Origin: Alphaproteobacteria bacterium
GTDB lineage: Bacteria > Pseudomonadota > Alphaproteobacteria > JAAXGF01
Length of the DNA: 64,000 nucleotides
Assembly: GCA_963555825.3 (NCBI GenBank)
Contig: CAUVXB020000001.1
Span: 928,001-992,000 of the forward strand
Direction of reading: 5' to 3'
The position numbers and the translations under genes were made by a program. The notes beneath the pieces are model-generated. The model ran no database searches and was not told the origin of the DNA. It saw only the letters and a program-made list of their open reading frames with translations. The number at the start of each line of letters is the position of its first letter. Position 1 is the stretch's first letter. This document shows positions 61,616-64,000 of the stretch, one piece after another.

Positions 61616-62815
61616 ATGGCGCTGCTGCCCGTCGACGAGGCGCGCGCACGCGTCATGGCGGCCTTCTCGGCCCTACCGGCCGAACAGGTCAGCGTGGCCG
61701 ACGCGCTCGGCCGCGTGCTCGCCGAAGACGTCCGGGCCCGCGTAACGCAGCCGCCGGCCGCGATCTCGGCGATGGACGGCTATGCGGTCCGCGCCGCCGA
61801 CGTCGCCGCGCCGCCGACGACCCTGACAGTCATCGGTGAGGCGCCGGCGGGCGGCGCCTGCGACAAGACGGTCGGCGCCGGCCAGGCGGTGCGTATCTTC
61901 ACTGGCGGCCCGCTGCCCGACGGCGCCGACGCGATCGTCATCCAAGAAGATACCGAGGCGGGCGACGGTGTGGTGACAGTCAAGGTCGCCGTTGCCGAGG
62001 GCAACTATATCCGCCCGGCCGGTCTCGATTTCACCGCCGGCGACGTCGGTCTCACCGCCGGACGGCGCATCACCGCGCGCGACGTCGGCCTTGCGGCGGC
62101 AATGAACGTGCCGTGGCTCGCCGTTCATCGCCGCCCGAGCGTCGCGTTGCTCGCCACCGGCGACGAGATCGTCCGGCCGGGCGACCCGATCGGCCCGAAC
62201 CAGATCGTCAGCTCGAACACCCTGGCGCTCGCCGCCCTTGTCAAAGAGGCCGGCGGCGATGCGACCGACCTCGGCATCGCGCGTGACAACGAGGACTCGT
62301 TGCGCCGCATGGCGGCCGGCGCCGAGCGCGCCGACGTGCTGGTCACCTCGGGCGGCGCCTCGGTCGGCGATCACGACCTGGTGCAAGAGGTGCTCGGCAA
62401 GGAAGGGCTCGAGCTCGACTTCTGGCGCATCGCCATGCGCCCGGGCAAGCCGCTGCTGTTCGGCCGCATCCGCGGTACGCCGCTGATCGGCGTGCCCGGC
62501 AATCCGGTTTCATCGCTGGTCTGCGGGCTGCTGTTTCTCAAACCGGCGATCGACGTCATGCTCGGCCTCGCCGCAACCGAGACGCCGGCCGAGACTGCGC
62601 TGTTGGGCCGCGACCTCGGCGCCAACGATCAACGCCAGGACTATCTGCGCGCCCGCCTCGAGCGGCGCGACGACGGCGAGCTGGTGGCGACGCCGTTCGA
62701 AAAGCAGGACAGCTCGATGCTGTCGTCGCTGGTGGCCGCCGGCTGCCTGGTCGTGCGCGCGCCGCACGCGCCGCCCGCCGAGGCCGGAGCTCGAGTCGAG
62801 ATCGTCCGTTTCTGA
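61616..62815 (+). CDS. moeA: Molybdopterin molybdotransferase
   Basis: [33 protein letters not shown]. Confidence 0.95.
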   Translation: MALLPVDEARARVMAAFSALPAEQVSVADALGRVLAEDVRARVTQPPAAISAMDGYAVRAADVAAPPTTLTVIGEAPAGGACDKTVGAGQAVRIFTGGPLPDGADAIVIQEDTEAGDGVVTVKVAVAEGNYIRPAGLDFTAGDVGLTAGRRITARDVGLAAAMNVPWLAVHRRPSVALLATGDEIVRPGDPIGPNQIVSSNTLALAALVKEAGGDATDLGIARDNEDSLRRMAAGAERADVLVTSGGASVGDHDLVQEVLGKEGLELDFWRIAMRPGKPLLFGRIRGTPLIGVPGNPVSSLVCGLLFLKPAIDVMLGLAATETPAETALLGRDLGANDQRQDYLRARLERRDDGELVATPFEKQDSSMLSSLVAAGCLVVRAPHAPPAEAGARVEIVRF

Positions 62816-62914
62816 ACGCAAAATCAACAAATTAGCGCTTCGCCGAGCCTCGGCGCGGCGGCGGTTCCGTCAATTCGGCGAAATTTTTTCAAAATGTGGC
62901 TTGACGCGCCTCGC

Positions 62915-62954
62915 GAACGCAACTAGAACATGTGGTGTGGTTTTGCTTTTGTTC
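62915..62954 (+). promoter_or_regulatory. Alphaproteobacterial LexA (SOS) boxes
   Basis: GAAC-GCAACTA-GAAC at 62915-62929, degenerate GTTT-N7-GTTC at 62940-62954, TTGACG just upstream. Confidence 0.85.
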
Positions 62955-62973
62955 TAGATATGGGGTGCGTCAC

Positions 62974-63663
62974 ATGTTGACCCGCAAGCAACACGAACTG
63001 CTGATGTATATAAACCAGTGCATCAAGACCGACGGCGTCTCGCCGTCGTTCGACGAGATGAAGGATGCGCTGGGGCTGCGATCCAAATCGGGCATCCACC
63101 GGCTGATCACGGCGCTCGAGGAGCGCGGCTTCATCAGGCGCCTCGCGCATCGGGCGCGGGCGCTTCATGTGCTCAAGCTGCCCGAATCGGCGGCGGTGGC
63201 CAACGGTGGCTTCGCGCCGAGCGTCATTCAGGGTCATTTCACGCCGGTGCTGGCCGGCAAGTCGACGGACGACTCGCCGGGCGTCACCAACCTGCCGCTC
63301 TATGGCCGGATCGCCGCTGGCACGCCGATCGAGGCGCTGCGCGACCATTCGGTGAACGTCGACGTGCCCGCCGCCATGCTCGGGCGCGGCGAACATTACG
63401 CGCTCGAGGTCGACGGCGATTCGATGATCGACGCCGGCATCTACGACGGCGACACCGCGGTCATCGAACGCTGCGATACGGCAGACGGCGGCTCGATCGT
63501 CGTCGCCCTGATCGACGACCAGGAGGTGACCCTGAAACGCCTGCGCCGCAAGGGCGGCTCGATCGCTCTCGAAGCCGCCAACACGAAGTACGAGACGCGC
63601 ATCTTTCCGCCTGATCGGGTGAAGGTGCAGGGCCGCTTGGTCGGCCTGATGCGCAAGTACTAG
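62974..63663 (+). CDS. lexA: LexA repressor
   Basis: [36 protein letters not shown]. Confidence 0.96.
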   Translation: MLTRKQHELLMYINQCIKTDGVSPSFDEMKDALGLRSKSGIHRLITALEERGFIRRLAHRARALHVLKLPESAAVANGGFAPSVIQGHFTPVLAGKSTDDSPGVTNLPLYGRIAAGTPIEALRDHSVNVDVPAAMLGRGEHYALEVDGDSMIDAGIYDGDTAVIERCDTADGGSIVVALIDDQEVTLKRLRRKGGSIALEAANTKYETRIFPPDRVKVQGRLVGLMRKY

Positions 63664-63746
63664 CCCACGACCGGGACGACCGGGTCGGCTCACGGCGGCG
63701 CATGCCGGTGCCGTGAGCCGACCCGGCTCGTGATCGCTCCTTGTTG

Positions 63747-64000
63747 CTAGTCTTTCTTGCCGCCGATTTTGCGCTTCGTCGACCAGGGCCGGGTGCCGTG
63801 GCGGCTCGTGACGCTCTCGATCGCGATGGCCTCGCCATCCAGATAGACCGCGTGGGCGCCTTCGCGCCAGATGTCGAAACGGTCGATCAGCGCCTTCGCG
63901 GATGGGCAATTGCCCCGAACCGGCACCAAACTGACGACGACGTCGGCGATGCGGCAGTCCTCGACAAGGGCCCGCTCGTCATAGACCAGCGCCACCACAC
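63747..64000 (-). CDS. comEC: ComEC/Rec2 family protein, C-terminal end (partial)
   Basis: EDC..ADVVVS..IDRFD..GAHA..GTRPW; convergent with lexA as is common in Alphaproteobacteria. Confidence 0.65.
   Translation of the reverse strand, partial: VVALVYDERALVEDCRIADVVVSLVPVRGNCPSAKALIDRFDIWREGAHAVYLDGEAIAIESVTSRHGTRPWSTKRKIGGKKD

Noticed and set aside
58704-64000. trp-moa-lexA-comEC cluster as novel
   Set aside because: Standard conserved alphaproteobacterial gene order

Overview
High-GC alphaproteobacterial chromosome segment. The lineage call rests on the trpG-trpD-trpC-moaC-moeA-lexA-comEC gene order and a GAAC-N7-GAAC LexA box. From about 18.7 to 64 kb it is mostly metabolic and housekeeping genes: an aminotransferase, a GcvT/PYROXD2-like operon, a TRAP transporter, panE, ispB, tRNA-Pro and copA. 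From about 2 to 18.7 kb it is an accessory region packed with insertion sequences (IS630 x2, IS110/IS1111 x2, IS30, IS3-like, IS256 and an IS1182-type MITE); an IS1595 lies at 52 kb. Main observations: (1) Both IS1111-type elements carry bridge/seek RNA genes whose target and donor guides can be read from the sequence and match the reconstructed insertion sites. Each has a tandem duplication of one guide loop with its junction at or next to the recombination core. (2) Doublet palindromes (GTC(C/T)GC...GCGGAC type) bound the cargo genes and were hit by several IS families. (3) Three small cargo insertions are each flanked by a diverged duplicate of a neighbouring gene end. (4) A structured ~150-200 bp repeat occurs three times, with compensatory changes. 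(5) Several genes survive only as joined N- and C-terminal stubs. Some perfect-identity patchworks and single-base frameshifts may be long-read consensus artefacts and are flagged as such. All comparisons were made by eye; no database search or folding program was run.
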